DNA of 60,463 nucleotides, the filler included, from Sluysia triapertura (Eukaryota): NCBI GenBank assembly GCA_046118255.1. It is 4 parts of 4 records of this genome, joined end to end, with 100 filler letters (N's around TTAATTAATTAA, not from the genome) between each part and the next. Parts side by side here need not be neighbours in the genome. Positions count along the whole stretch, not along the records: positions 1 to 18,802 come from JBJNIA010119750.1; positions 18,903 to 30,740 come from JBJNIA010164925.1; 2 more parts are not named here. One strand, given 5' to 3'. The position numbers and the translations under genes were made by a program. A model generated the notes under the pieces. The model was not told where the DNA came from. It did not search any database and worked only from the letters and a program-made list of their open reading frames with translations. Each line of letters starts with the position of its first letter. Position 1 is the stretch's first letter. Positions 11,911 through 24,829 of this stretch are shown here, in pieces.

Positions 11911-12600
11911 TTTCTTAGAGATTAGACTAAGATTAGTGTAATAGTGAAATTAATATTGATATACTATTTTCTGGATTATTTATGAATTAATCAATAAAAT
12001 TTCAAATTTAAAAAATCAAATATACTTTAAAGGAAAGTTAGATTTAACAGTTCAATATTATCACAATATCGCAATCACTTACTCTGGATGAACTCATAAA
12101 TTATAAATTTTGCTATTAAAGTATGATGTCAATTGTGGAAAGCTATTCGAATATTCGAAGCAACTAAAGCAGTTATGAAGTGTTAATTCAAATCAATGTT
12201 AAATGATTAACAATTGATTTTAAAATGGCGTTAATGTAATAAACCTAGGGCGATCCAACTAATGATATACAAATTAAAAATATAAGTTTCCAAAGTTATT
12301 TAAACTTCAATTTTGTTCAGTCATAAAAATTAGAAGGGCGATTTATCAAATTATCTAAAATATCATTTTTATTCAATAATAATAACAAAGAAAAACAATT
12401 AAAAGGGGAATTTCCCAAATTACTAAAAATACTTCACAAAATTTCTTCCAAATTTTATTTTATTCGAAAAAAATATTTACATAATAACAAACATTAAAAA
12501 ATGATGAAGAATTTTGCCAAAAGTATTTAACAATTTGATAATAAAAAATAAAATACTGTGGGAGCTTATTTAATCAAACAATAAAATGCTTTATATAATG

Positions 12601-12650
12601 TGTGAGTTCACCTACGATCCTAAACTTACGAGTTATGGTTAATCCGTAGG
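12601..12650 (+). repeat. Dispersed repeat terminus TGTGAGTTCACCTACGATCCTA (other copies 18581 +, 42456-42485 -), probably an LTR 5' end
   Basis: Three copies share about 30 nt starting with TG. Similarity begins at the same base in each. Confidence 0.6.
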
Positions 12651-12852
12651 ATTTTTAAAGAATAATAATAACGCGAGCTAAAAGATTGCTAAATTCGGTT
12701 CTACGATGATAAGGATCTCTTAAAATATATTAAAATACTTAAAAAACTATTATGATAGTCGATCTACTTCGGTTTCTTTTTTAAATGAAAGATTACTTTC
12801 TAAAGAATTTACGAAGGTTCTTTATTAAACAGAACCGTCAAGGTTTTGTGTA

Positions 12853-13416
12853 CACCTATCCCCCGATTTACACGGTACTTGTTTTACACGTTTTCGCTTT
12901 TACACGGTTTTCCAAATAAGTTTTTTTGTTTTTATCGCACTCTACTAAATGCTACTGTGATTGAACACGTGCGCTGTGTACACATCTCACGGGGAATCCC
13001 GAGCTTATGTGCTGACTTGCTGCACACGCACACTGTGTCTGTATTTCTTCGCATAAAATTAAAGTTTTATCTACGGAAAATTGTATTTGAGTGAAAGTTT
13101 CACAGTTTCAGAAAGATTTAATTTTCCATATTCGTAAATTACAAGTGAGTGCATAATTTAGATTATTATAAATTAACGGCTGTGATTAAAGTAAAATTCA
13201 GAGGGAAAATGCGGAAATTTTGGAGGGAAATGATGGCAATTTACCAAATAGGTTTAATTAAAATAAAAAAATTAAAAAATCATAACTGTTAAATAGCAAA
13301 AATATGCATTTTCTGCAAGCTTTTCGATTTACACGGTTTTGACTTGAAAATTTTTAATTTACGATTTACACGTTTTTCTCAGGAACGTATCTACCGTGTA
13401 AATCGGGGGATAGGTG
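12853..13416. mobile_element. Intact Tc1/mariner-pogo-type MITE (564 bp)
   Basis: Perfect 25-bp TIRs (CACCTATCCCCCGATTTACACGGTA at 12853-12877; reverse complement at 13392-13416), TA on both sides, internal TTTACACG subterminal repeats. Confidence 0.93.
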
Positions 13417-14859
13417 TATTATTAATATTAGTATTCGATTATATCAAGAAACTTCATCGAAGTTATGGCTGCCTATAACAAAGCACAAGTTACTTATAGA
13501 ATAAAATAGAAATAAAAGGCAAATGCAAATTGCCGAAAAAGTAACAAATGAATATTTAGAAGATTCGTTAGAATTTGAAATCCTGCTAATTTTACTCAAG
13601 AGGTCATAAATGACACAAACCAAACACATGAGTTGTGTCGACGTATGATGATCACGTCATATTGTTTCGACAATTATTTCAATAACTATTTCGAATAAAA
13701 TAACCATTTATTCGGAATATACATTTTATTGATCAACTATGTGTAAAGGTATTTTATTGCCTTGTTTATGTTACTTTATTTATTAATATAAATTTTTTAG
13801 TTCTAAATTTAATTTTGTTTGTTTTGTTAAAGGCTTTAAGCCTAAGTTAAACGTTTTAAACCTAAAAAAGTTATAATTGAAATTTTTAATGCAATTCATA
13901 TAACACCCACGACATCCATAATTTTCAATTAACATCCAACTGCAGATATCTTATTATAATCAGACAACAAACCCGTAATCCATAAATATTACAATACGTT
14001 ATGCAAAAATCTCATCGCCAAATGTATCTATATGCTGCAGCGCTTTTTCGCGAACACAAAACTGTAGTAATTTAGCATAATTCTTTATCTATATTTTCAA
14101 TATTTATCTTTGCTCAAAATTTTAGATTGCATAAAATATATTCATTTTAAAAAGTATAAGATGCATTTTTAATGCTAATTGCGTTATAAATGCAATAAAT
14201 TTTATTAGTAAGTACTTGACAAAAATTAGTCAAAAAATAACAAAAATAAACTAACACTGTTAAAAAATCGGTTGAAAAATGAAATTCTGGAAATATAGAC
14301 ATACTTTAGATCCAATTCTTTACAACGACGAATACTTAATTATAATTAAAAATCAAAACCGACTTGTATTACTAATATGTTATTGTTAATAAATTTTAAA
14401 AATAAAACTTTATATAAATTCAGTTTAGGAAATAGAAACTATAAATATGTGGCTAACACAACATGTCATGGATATATTGAAAAGGTCTGTATTAATCCAA
14501 GAAATATGGCCGAAGTGATTAGATAATTATGATATTTGCTTTATTTTGCATTTAGAACTAGAACTAGAACAAATAACGATATTTATGTAACTCGAAAACT
14601 CACGTACAGATTATTGTTAGTATAGATCACGTTGCATAGTATTCGATTTATTAAAACAATAATCACATATTAAAATAATTTTATATAAAATGACCGTTTC
14701 GTTTATTAGCATGATTGATTTTAGACAACAATAACTTGATTGTTCAGAATGAATTTTTAGATTTCAAATAATTTACTGCAATGTTTTTTAATTGCCACGA
14801 TAATTAATTATAATTGTTTGAGGTAAAAATTTTAAATTAAAATAGATATTTAAAAATCA

Positions 14860-15400
14860 ATTATTTTTAAAATACAGATAACTTAGTAACTTCACATTCA
14901 AATCTTTAGATTTCAGATTATTATTTAAGGAAGTTATATATGCCGAAGTTTTAAAAAGTAAAGCTAAATTTGTCTGATTAAGAGTCAAAATGTATTAATA
15001 CTTATTTATGTGATAATACATTAACTTAAATTGAATATAAATCTAATCAAATATAAAACTTATTTTCAACAACACGTAACGGTACCTCAATTTCAATAAC
15101 GCATCTAGAATGATCTCTTATTTGATATACTTTTACTACATACACTCATTTTAATACATAGAAATTTAACTTTATAATAATGAAAATTAAAACTGATGAT
15201 TTTACGTTATCTACGTTGACGTGTTTCGAACTATCTCGGTGTTCATAGCACTGATAACTTTCATAAATTTATTTTATTATATGTGGTACCCGCTGTTGTC
15301 AAACATCGTACGAAAAGTTATTGATTAAAAATGATTTTCAAACAATTTGTATTAAATTAATTAATAAATTTTTTAAAAAAGCCTTTACGTTAAGGCTGTG
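14860..15400 (+). repeat. Unclassified interspersed repeat family B, copy 1
   Basis: Shares TTACGTTATCTACGTYRACGTG (15201) and TTAAATTAATTAATAAAT with copies at 22.4-23.2, 34.4-35.1 and (reversed) 46.2-47.0 kb. Boundaries are approximate. Confidence 0.65.
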
Positions 15401-16247
15401 ATATTCTTATGAACCTCACAATGAAATTTGTAATCGGAATGCTGCTACACACCTAAATTAAATTAAAACATATTGTAAGAATGCGTTTAATCTGAATAAG
15501 AAAATGACTAACATACATAAATAAAGAATAAAACCGATAAAAACAATCGTTGACAAAACTTATTCTTGCCATTACTAAAATGTTTTAAAACTTTAATCAA
15601 GTTGTTACATTATTTTTTTACTCATTTTATTTCAGTTAGCAAATTTTTAGCTTAATTCAAAAGTATCATATGCAATATTTTCATTATAAACGTAGTTTAC
15701 TCTTAATTATGCGAAATATTTCAAAAAGATTAACATTTATTCTCACATTTTCGTTAACATTATAGGCGTTCAAGACAGAAGCATAACGATGTAAACGTTG
15801 CTGTAAAGAATTATATAAATCTAAAAAATATGAAAATAAAACAAAGGTTAACAGAATCACCTGAATAAATTTCCAAATTTAAACTATTGTTTGTGATAAG
15901 TTCGTCTTTTAAATATATTCATCAATTATTACATTTAGTCTATTGTTGAGAACAAATACATACTAACCACCACAAAAAAATAGCAAAAGTAACTAATATC
16001 AACCACGAAATCCCTGAAAGTATACCTATTTTTTTCCACATCATCTATTAAATATTTCTAAAGTAAATAACACAAAGTACCACATCCATTTCAAACATTA
16101 CTGCAAATTTTCTATGAATGCTGTTTAATGCTTATAACTTTCATTTATAACCAAATATATGACCTTTGACTTTTAAAATTATATTTAGGTATCAAAATTA
16201 TAAAACAAAACAATAGTGTCATAATATTAAAATTTATATTAAATGCA

Positions 16248-17399
16248 TTAAACATTTTTGTCCAGAATATCATCGAAATTTTTTATCTGTTCCCATAAAT
16301 CATCTTCGTCAGCTTCATCTGTTAAATTAATTTGATCAATTAAAACAGAACTTGGCTCAAAAGCTACGTTCATCTAAATAAAAAATAATATAACAAATCA
16401 AATATTACTTTATATAAAACATTCTTAGATTTTAAATCAAACACCCGTATGCAAAAATCTTTCGAAACTACAATTAGAATATCTGTTTTACTTTTTCTTC
16501 TACCAATGCTAACTCCAAATTGAACATGCATTTCATTTATACAACTTAGTCCAATGGAACCCACAAATTTTTCATATCTAGTTTCTTTGTTAGGTATTTC
16601 ACATCCATTCTTAATGTATTTGAAATCAATTATTCCCAATTTTCCTGAATTTGATCCTGCAATCACTTTCTTACTTTCAAAAGAAATTAATGAATTAATT
16701 AAATTATCTTGAAATAAAGCAACTTGATTTGCTTTTCTTTTATTTGATCTAATGTCAAACAGCTGTACACGTCCGTATTTATCTCCACAATATAAAATAT
16801 GATTATTTTCTTTGTCATATTCAATAGATCGAATGTCAACTTTAGCCGGAAGAGACAAAGATTTGTTTCCCATTGTTTTGCTTCTGAATAAAATGCTGCC
16901 TGTATTTAAATCATTAACGTGTAATTCAACATTTTCACCACCCAAAGCAACTAAATCATTTCCAATGATACGCATTGCTTTATACGTTTCATATTTATCA
17001 AATAATTTTGCAACAGTGTTATTAATTACTCTAACGCAGTTATTATAACCGACAATGATTTTATCATTTACAAAGTCGTAATCATATAGCTTTCCACTAT
17101 TTTCGTTAATAACCAATTCACCTTCCGAATCAAAATTACTCAACTTATATAACTTATTATCATCAACTAAATAATACTAAGAAAATAAGTAAAGGTAAAA
17201 TAATACTTCATTCTGAAACTTTTTGAGTAAAGAAATACTATGAAAATCATAATTATAAGTTGAAATAAAAGCATCCTTGTTTGTTCCAAATAATCTACCG
17301 TCAATAACTATATTTAATTTAAAAATTAATTATTAAATTACTTTTAATAAACTCTTTTCTTGAACTGATTATAGATATGAAATTTATAGGAATTGTCAT
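16248..17399 (-). CDS. WDR74: WD-repeat protein 74 / ribosome biogenesis factor Nsa1 (350 aa)
   Basis: Exons 17399-17342, 17307-17207, 17176-16409 and 16373-16248 join in frame across GT-AG introns of 34, 30 and 35 nt. Motifs VALGGENVELHVNDL..FRSK..GNKSLSL, GRVQLFDIRSNKRK, AGSNSGKLGIID, DFCIRVFD and acidic DEDDLW match WDR74/Nsa1. Confidence 0.88.
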
Positions 17400-18802
17400 T
17401 AGTTGTTAATTTTTAATTCGAAATATTTAAACAAATTCATATAATATAAAAACCCAAACAAGAAATTTAACTAAATATTTATAATATTAGAAAATTAATA
17501 TGAAATTAACCTTAACATGTTGGTATAATTAAGAATGGTGATATAAAATATTAAAAAATATTCATATGATTATCGTACAAAATACATATACGATCTAACA
17601 AGTTTTGAAATAACATAAAACTTTAAACATTACATAATGAAAAGTGGATTAAAATGTATGTGATTATTTTAATTTATTTGATTACATTCTGCCAAACTAT
17701 TAAATAATTTGAAATAAATTCAATAAACAAATATCTTAAATTTTGAGATACTAAAAACGTTTAATTTAATCTAGATTTAATTTAATTCATATATTTGTGT
17801 TTTTAATTTAAATTGTAAATAGTAACTCAATAACATAATTAAATTAGTCCGAAATCTCGATATATTTTTAATAATCAAAAAAATAAACAAATTATTATAA
17901 TTAGTTTACATTGATAATGAAAGAAATTAATTTCGTTACACGATCAATTATTCAAATACAGGCACAGACGAAAAAATGTTAGTAACTGCACAAATACGGT
18001 AAAACGTGAATTAATTAAGCACAGTAATGTTGGGATTATCCAACTGTGGATTAGTAAATGTGTGAGAATCAAATAGAACTATGAAATAAAGGAAGAAGTG
18101 ATACAAATTAATTGAACATTATAAATATTGTCTGAATAAGAATCATGAGAGTAAAAACATTTATAATAATGTTAACAGCTGAAGAATGCCTTAGAGTTCC
18201 AAAGACCTATATAAATAGTGAGACATTATAGAAGCTTGAAATGGACTTAGAGTACCTTTAAAGACATTCAGTACCTTTGAGCTTGTATTCCTAAAACATT
18301 GATAAGCATCTAAGATCTTCGAGTAATCTTATAAAGTGTTTAAAAATTATAAAATATTTGAGAAATAAAATCATTATTATCGGTATTAAGAATAAATGCA
18401 GTATAGGAAAGTAGAAAAATGAATCAGGAAGGTGAAGGTGAAAACATCTAGAGTCTCATGAATGCCTTACAAACTATTAAATAATCAGAACTTTAAAACA
18501 TCATTTAAATAATCAATAATATTGTCAATAATTGATGAAATGTGTGAAATGATAAAATCCTGTAATGTAATTTTCTTAATTGTGAGTTCCCTACAATCTT
18601 AGACTTACGCACTCAAGGGCTAAGTTATAGGCAGTATTTTAGAAGATATTATGGAGGTACTAAATCAGTTACACTTATTTAGGTAGTTAATATGAACGGA
18701 CTCTTCTCGGCAATAATATAATATAGAAATTAGACAATTAAACTTTAAATGACGTCACTTTGTGCTTAATCTACTAAGTACAGTAAGCTGAGATTAAATC
18801 AA

Positions 18803-18902
18803 NNNNNNNNNNNNNNNNNNNNNNNNNNNNNNNNNNNNNNNNNNNNTTAATTAATTAANNNNNNNNNNNNNNNNNNNNNNNNNNNNNNNNNNNNNNNNNN
18901 NN
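18803..18902. other. Assembly gap with artificial six-frame-stop linker (same at 30741-30840 and 49344-49443)
   Basis: 44 N + TTAATTAATTAA + 44 N, identical three times. Confidence 0.95.
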
Positions 18903-19046
18903 TACTCTGATTTAAATTATAAAAGTATTGATTATGCCTTCATGAAATATGTTAAAAGTCTAAATGTTGATTTCATGAAGTACTCTGATTTAAATTATAA
19001 AAGTATTGATTATGCCTTCATGAAATATGTTAAAAGTCTAAATGTT
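18903..19046. repeat. 78-bp tandem repeat abutting a gap
   Basis: TACTCTGATTTAAATTATAAAAG... starts at 18903 and again at 18981 with identical sequence. Probably a collapsed array. Confidence 0.9.
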
Positions 19047-20729
19047 TTCCTAGACTTTTTATTTTGTAATGCCAAGCTTAAAAATTTCTTTATTTTTAAA
19101 TTCAGTTTATTAATTGTAATCTTTTTTAAAACGAAACCCACTATAGTGTATGATGTTTTTATTGTGGCTCATTTTATTTCTTGTAGAATTAAAAAACAAT
19201 ATATAAACCTAGTTCGTTGCGTTTTTTCCTCAATTAATAAAATTTTAAATTGCAACATATTAATAGGCCTTAAGCCACCTTTTGCTTTAATTAAACCTAG
19301 CAACTTTGATCTAAGCCCCAATATAAATATACAACGGCCATTACATTTAGAAATTTTACAACCCAATAATACTGACATGATAATGACTATAATTCATGAG
19401 ATGATCCAGTACCATTTCCATGGTGTTGTAACATTTTTTTATTTATTTTATATAATATAATTAATTATATATTTCAGTTATTTAAATTTTTTCGGGAAGT
19501 CCCTTTTTTTCTTTTTAAAAATAAATAGATAAGTAAATATGAATTATTTTTGGGAAAATCCCCTTTTGAATAATAAAAATTATTTTTTTGGTAATTCCCT
19601 TTTATTTATAGATTTTGAGAATCATCCTTGAAAATAAGAATTAAATTTCTGCGTTGCGTCACTTTGGTTGATGTAACTTTTGTTATTATTAAATTGATTT
19701 TATTGATAGCCAATAATTTTTCTTTAGATATTTACTAAATGTTTTAGCTAGTTTTGATAATAAATTAGTGTCAGTTTGAATACATTTGTATCTTTTGATT
19801 TAATAAATATCATTTCTGGAATAAAACAGAATGTAGTAATTTATATTTGATTCTGTGATTATTAAGTTTAAGAAAATTTCAGATTAAATTAACGCTGTTA
19901 TTGAATTTTTTTATATTTTTCTCATTTAAAGACAAAGACTGTCTTTGTGTGATAATTCTTTTCAACTTCTATTATTAAAGGAGTTCAATTTATTTGTTAG
20001 GTTGTCATCACAACTCTACAAAATAATTTTAAGATGTCATAATGACACCTTAAAATTATTTAAAACTATTTAAAATTATTAAAAATTTATTTAAAATCGT
20101 AGAAAATGTTTCACAACAATTTATTAATCATTAAAATCACTTAAAAAACAATTATTTTCCAAAAAGAAATTTATTTATATTCTAGAACATTCCATCGATT
20201 TTCATTGGATGATGACTAGTATATAAACTAACATCAATATAATGAAAATCTCCATTTGCATTAATCTCAATCTTACGCTATTTTGGAAATTGATATACAA
20301 ATATTGGAAGATTATTCGGTATTGATTATCACAAATTAGATCTTTTAGGAGCTGTAGTTCATACACCAAGTAATTTGTTTATGTTAAGTTCGATATTAGT
20401 TTTATTTAAGAAGGCTAATATTATAAAATACACCTAAAATCACACTCTATTTAGTAAAGTTTAAGGTTCCCAGATATATTGAGGGGTAAAATAGAGTGCA
20501 AAATTATATTTAATTCTATTAAATACTCCATATTGTTTTAATATTAAAATAATTGTTTAAAATTTTAATCTGTTTCTATCTTTTATTTTAGATATCTGAA
20601 TTTTTGTAAATTTTTTGAATAAAACTTAATAGACATTTGTGATTTTATTTAATAATTGAGTATTAAATTATTATAATCTGACCCCCGAATATGTAGATTA
20701 TAAGTTTACGTTACTAAGATTGTCTTAAC

Positions 20730-21260
20730 TTATATTGTTACAGAAGTGTCCTCTTTGCCACGTAAGATGCTTAATGTAACCGGATCTTGCTCAATTTTCT
20801 ATTTTGCCGAAGGTTTAGATCTAAACATTAACAATATTGCTTATGGAAATGTAGGAAATTTAGAAGCAATAAATTCCGATTTTTAGTAAAATGTTCGATT
20901 TCTGATGAAGCAGCTTCAAATGTTTTTTTATAAATGTGGTACCTCAGCGTCATTGTACAAAAAATTAAAACAAAATCAAAGTTGTATCCAAATGAACTTC
21001 TTTTTAAAGACGCACTTTCCTAGCTTCAGATAAATAGGTCACAAACTCTTCTATTTAAGGTATAATCAGCCGTTCTTTTACAAATACATAAAAGTAGTAT
21101 TTTTCGATTATAATGATTATTTCCACTACTCCTTCAGAAAACTTGATCATGCTCATTAACTAATTAAAGTGAACTTATTTCTTGGTTGGTATGTGTTACT
21201 TTTAGACGATTTTCCTGTTCACAATAAAATAGATTTTAAAAATTTCTGAGAGCGCCTGAA
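20730..21260 (+). mobile_element. pogo/Tigger (DDE_1) transposase relic
   Basis: VLLLDDFPVHN near 21195 resembles the LLLDNxxxH catalytic motif. Upstream YPNELLFKD resembles YxPxQIFNxD. Heavily decayed. Confidence 0.4.
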
Positions 21261-22429
21261 ATAATTTTCATTCTCGATTGCCGAATTAAGCAGAGCAATA
21301 CGCGAGCTCAATTTCCATTAAATATTTCTTCTACCCTCAGACTATTCTGTCAAAAATCAATACATACGACCAAATGTGGTGGCCAATTTCTTCACATAAA
21401 ATTTTATTACATCATATTACACTAAAAGTTATACTTCTACAACACCTAAAGCATTCATAACATCAAAAATCATTAAATTTATATTTTAAATCTAGTTTAA
21501 AACAGTAAACTAAGTGGAATTTCTTTTAACACCTTTAACTTTGTTATTACTGTCTTATGATACTCCTTCATAATTTTATTTTTATCTTTTATTTTATTTG
21601 CCTTTCTCTTCCGTTTCTAACATTGAAGGTGAAGACCGCCGTCCACTTGTTATTTATTCACAGCTATGCTTATACTCGTTCGAACACCTATGATTATCAA
21701 CAAGTTAGCAAATAAACCACTTCTACGGCACCTTTTACTACTTATTTATGCTAAATAAAGAATTAACAAAACAAGAAGAACAAAAGTGTAGAAAGAAAGA
21801 TGTAGAAAGAAGAAAGAATTTATATGTTTTTATTTGCATTTTATATTTTTATCATCAATATTACTTTTTCATTTTTATAATAATAATTATTATTATTAAT
21901 ATTATTCTTGTTATTATTTATTATTATTTTTACTGTACATTCACTATTATCATTTTAATTATTCTTATGCTTAGTAACTATTTTAACTGTCATTAGCAGT
22001 TAACAGTTTTTAACAGTTTTTCATTAGAAAATTTAATTTCTGTCAACAAATGACAGTGTTGCGTTGTTGTGTTTTTTGTTTACTAATATCCCTCTTTAAT
22101 AACTAAAAATCAAATAAAACTGAATCTCGATATATTCTTATATAACAATTACACAAATAAAATCTTTTATATGACAAATATAATTCTATAAATCAACCTC
22201 TTTATATTACAATTATAGTTAAAATAATTCTTTAAATCAAATTCTTTAATAAATTATTGTCTACCTTTTTTTAAAAATCACAGAGATTACACAACGTAAA
22301 TGCTGTTACCACAAATAAAATATAAAATAATGATAAAAACAAAATGAATCTTAACTCTCTACTAACCACGTAAACTTATCTTTATTTTAATATTATTACT
22401 GAAGAAAAAGATTTAATGAGTGTTATCTA

Positions 22430-23220
22430 CAACTCAATTGAATTCAGAGTCCTTACAGCAAGAAGTTGTTCCAATAGTTGGCTATTGACTATTTTGTCGC
22501 TTGTTACTGTTATCGTTTTTTGTTTTTTGTTGTAAAAAGTTAGCTCTTTATATAGTATCCAGATAATTGTCAGATAGTCGGGAATTCAACTTATTTATTT
22601 TGCATGTCTACTACACATGCTATTTTCTTAGAGTCGGTTTTATGCTGACCAATTACTAAGATGAAATTTTAATATTAATTTCCTATGCCCGACAATTATC
22701 TGGAGATAATGAGTTCTGTGAATAACAAACCCATATCTCTTTAAAAGAGCCAAATCACAATTATATATCACAATTGGAATTATACAAACAGATATAAAAA
22801 TGCATCATCCTAATTTACCTATACTTATATTCTAGTATGTGACTTCTTTTAATAACAATACTTTATATCATACGTAACAAGTTAATGGTACGTCGCACGT
22901 CAATCACAATATCGTATACTAACTTGTTTCTTTACAAGCTTTAATTTGATATATATTTTATTAATACTTAGACATTGGAACATGTTTAACCTTTAATTTT
23001 AAATTACAAAATTAATTAAAATAACTATTTATTACGTTATCTACGTCAACGTGCTTCGCAACACTTCATCACTAAACCAATAATAAAACTCAACATGATA
23101 AACTAAATTTGATATCATGAGCAAACATTTTTATTGACTTATCAAATTAAATAAATTTTAATTAAGTTAATTAACAAATGTACTTTAATATGATAACAAA
23201 TATTAACCCTACGAAGGGTT
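22430..23220 (+). repeat. Unclassified interspersed repeat family B, copy 2
   Basis: Motif at 23032-23053. Collinear similarity with the reverse complement of 46240-47040. Confidence 0.65.
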
Positions 23221-23399
23221 ATTTCTTCAAATTTCTCATTACTTTATCTTGATTTAAGTATTTTATGTACTTATCTTAACATAACATTTTATCATAATAC
23301 CTAATCTTAATTTTTTTAATAATGTTGAACTTATTCTGCTATCCTGAATCTTGACCCTTACATCTACCTATACCTTTACTAATCCCAACAATTGGATCA

Positions 23400-24225
23400 A
23401 TTAAAAATTTAGTATAAATTTAGTATAAATATTTAGAAAAATTTTAGAAAAGTCCAGAGTTACAGTTACAGTGTTACTTAAACAGAGTTACAGATAAAGG
23501 ATACGCAAAATGAAACAAGTAAATTTTTTTATATATCGTCCCATGCTAAAGTAATTTTTTATTTTATAAGTTTATCGTCTTACCGTAAGAAAGGAAGATG
23601 TAAAATCCACTTAAACTATATTCACTTTGTCTAGATCGTAAAAGGCTGGAGCAACTTACAATATGAATTATAAAAACACCAAGGGATTAAAAATTATTAT
23701 TGTTATTATAATTATCTTTAAGTTTTTTTGTTTGTACAGTTAGTTTTAAGTGTACTATTTTTTAAAAGTATTAATAAGTCTTCGTAAAACTTCATTTCTA
23801 TTTTAATAACATTATTTTATTGTGAAAACCAGACCGTATCTGACTATTTCAAAATTAACAAAATTATTTATTTGAAGTTACTAGAACGTACAAAGGCTAG
23901 TGCAAAATAGAATTTTTCGAATACTAGATCGTAATACGATTAGTTTAATATAAAAGTAAACTCTGTGATTAATAAAATAAATTAACGTATTTTTGTTAAC
24001 TCTATATTTTACAACGGAAAAAGTAAAATCTTCATATTCTAACACAGACTTAGTATAGACAAATTATTTATATTCTTGTAGTTTGCTTTAAAATTCTAAT
24101 AGCACGTCTTCCACCTTGATATAAACCGTATATATTAGGTGGACTCGATTTTCAGTTTTTTGTAATTGTAAGTTTTTAGCTTTCCCAATAAAACATTTGC
24201 AAAATTTGGTTCTCAGAGTGAGGAC
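23400..24225 (+). mobile_element. 5' LTR-like leader (family A) of a Gypsy element, with PBS-like TGG at 24207
   Basis: TATAAAT at 23413 and 23424, GTAAAT donor at 23519, four complete bulged-A hairpins, CCACCT/AGGTGG hairpin, AATAAA, then TGGTTCTCAGAGTGAGG. Followed by an AAGTT-rich UTR and gag. The primer tRNA was not identified. Confidence 0.6.
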
Positions 24226-24829
24226 CAGAAGTATTTTTACAATGACTAAAACATTACGTGCTAAGTTAAGTTGATATTGCAATTAAGTTGAAGTTGAATT
24301 ATTAAGTTAAGTATTTTGTTTAAGTTTTAAGTTTACGTATTAAGTTAAGTTTATTTTAAGTTAAGTTATTTTGAGTTTTTTTTTGATTATTACGAAGTTA
24401 TATTTAAGTATTAAGTTGTTGAATCTTTAGTTATTAAGTTATTTATTTACAGTTTAAGTTGCATTATTTTATTGCTAATTCGTTATATCTAGAAGTGTTT
24501 ATTGATTGTGCTGAATTATTAATTTTGTGAATTCACGCTGCATTACTAAGATCAAGTAAAGTTTTAAGTTACGATTATTGCTGAATACTTGATAAGTTTT
24601 TAAGTTTTGATTATGTCTGAGATTATTGTTTATTGTGAATTTAATTATTAAGTTTGTTAAGTCAAGTGTTTAAATTTAATTTGGTTATTGTGATAAATTA
24701 AACGAAGTAATAAGCATTTGAATTTTAAGCATTTACGTTTAAGTTTTAAGAATATATAAAAATAATAATAAAGATAAAACTAAGAAACCTAAGAAAGCTT
24801 TAAGAAATACTTCATTAGAAAAATTTATA

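Noticed and set aside
18847-18858. TTAATTAATTAA islands centred in N runs (also 30785, 49388)
   Set aside because: Identical 44N-12-44N layout with stops in all six frames. This is a scaffolding linker, not biology.
18942-19460. 172-aa ORF and opposite 69-aa ORF
   Set aside because: The first is partly generated by the 78-bp repeat and has no recognisable domain. The minus frame only faintly resembles LINE ORF2.
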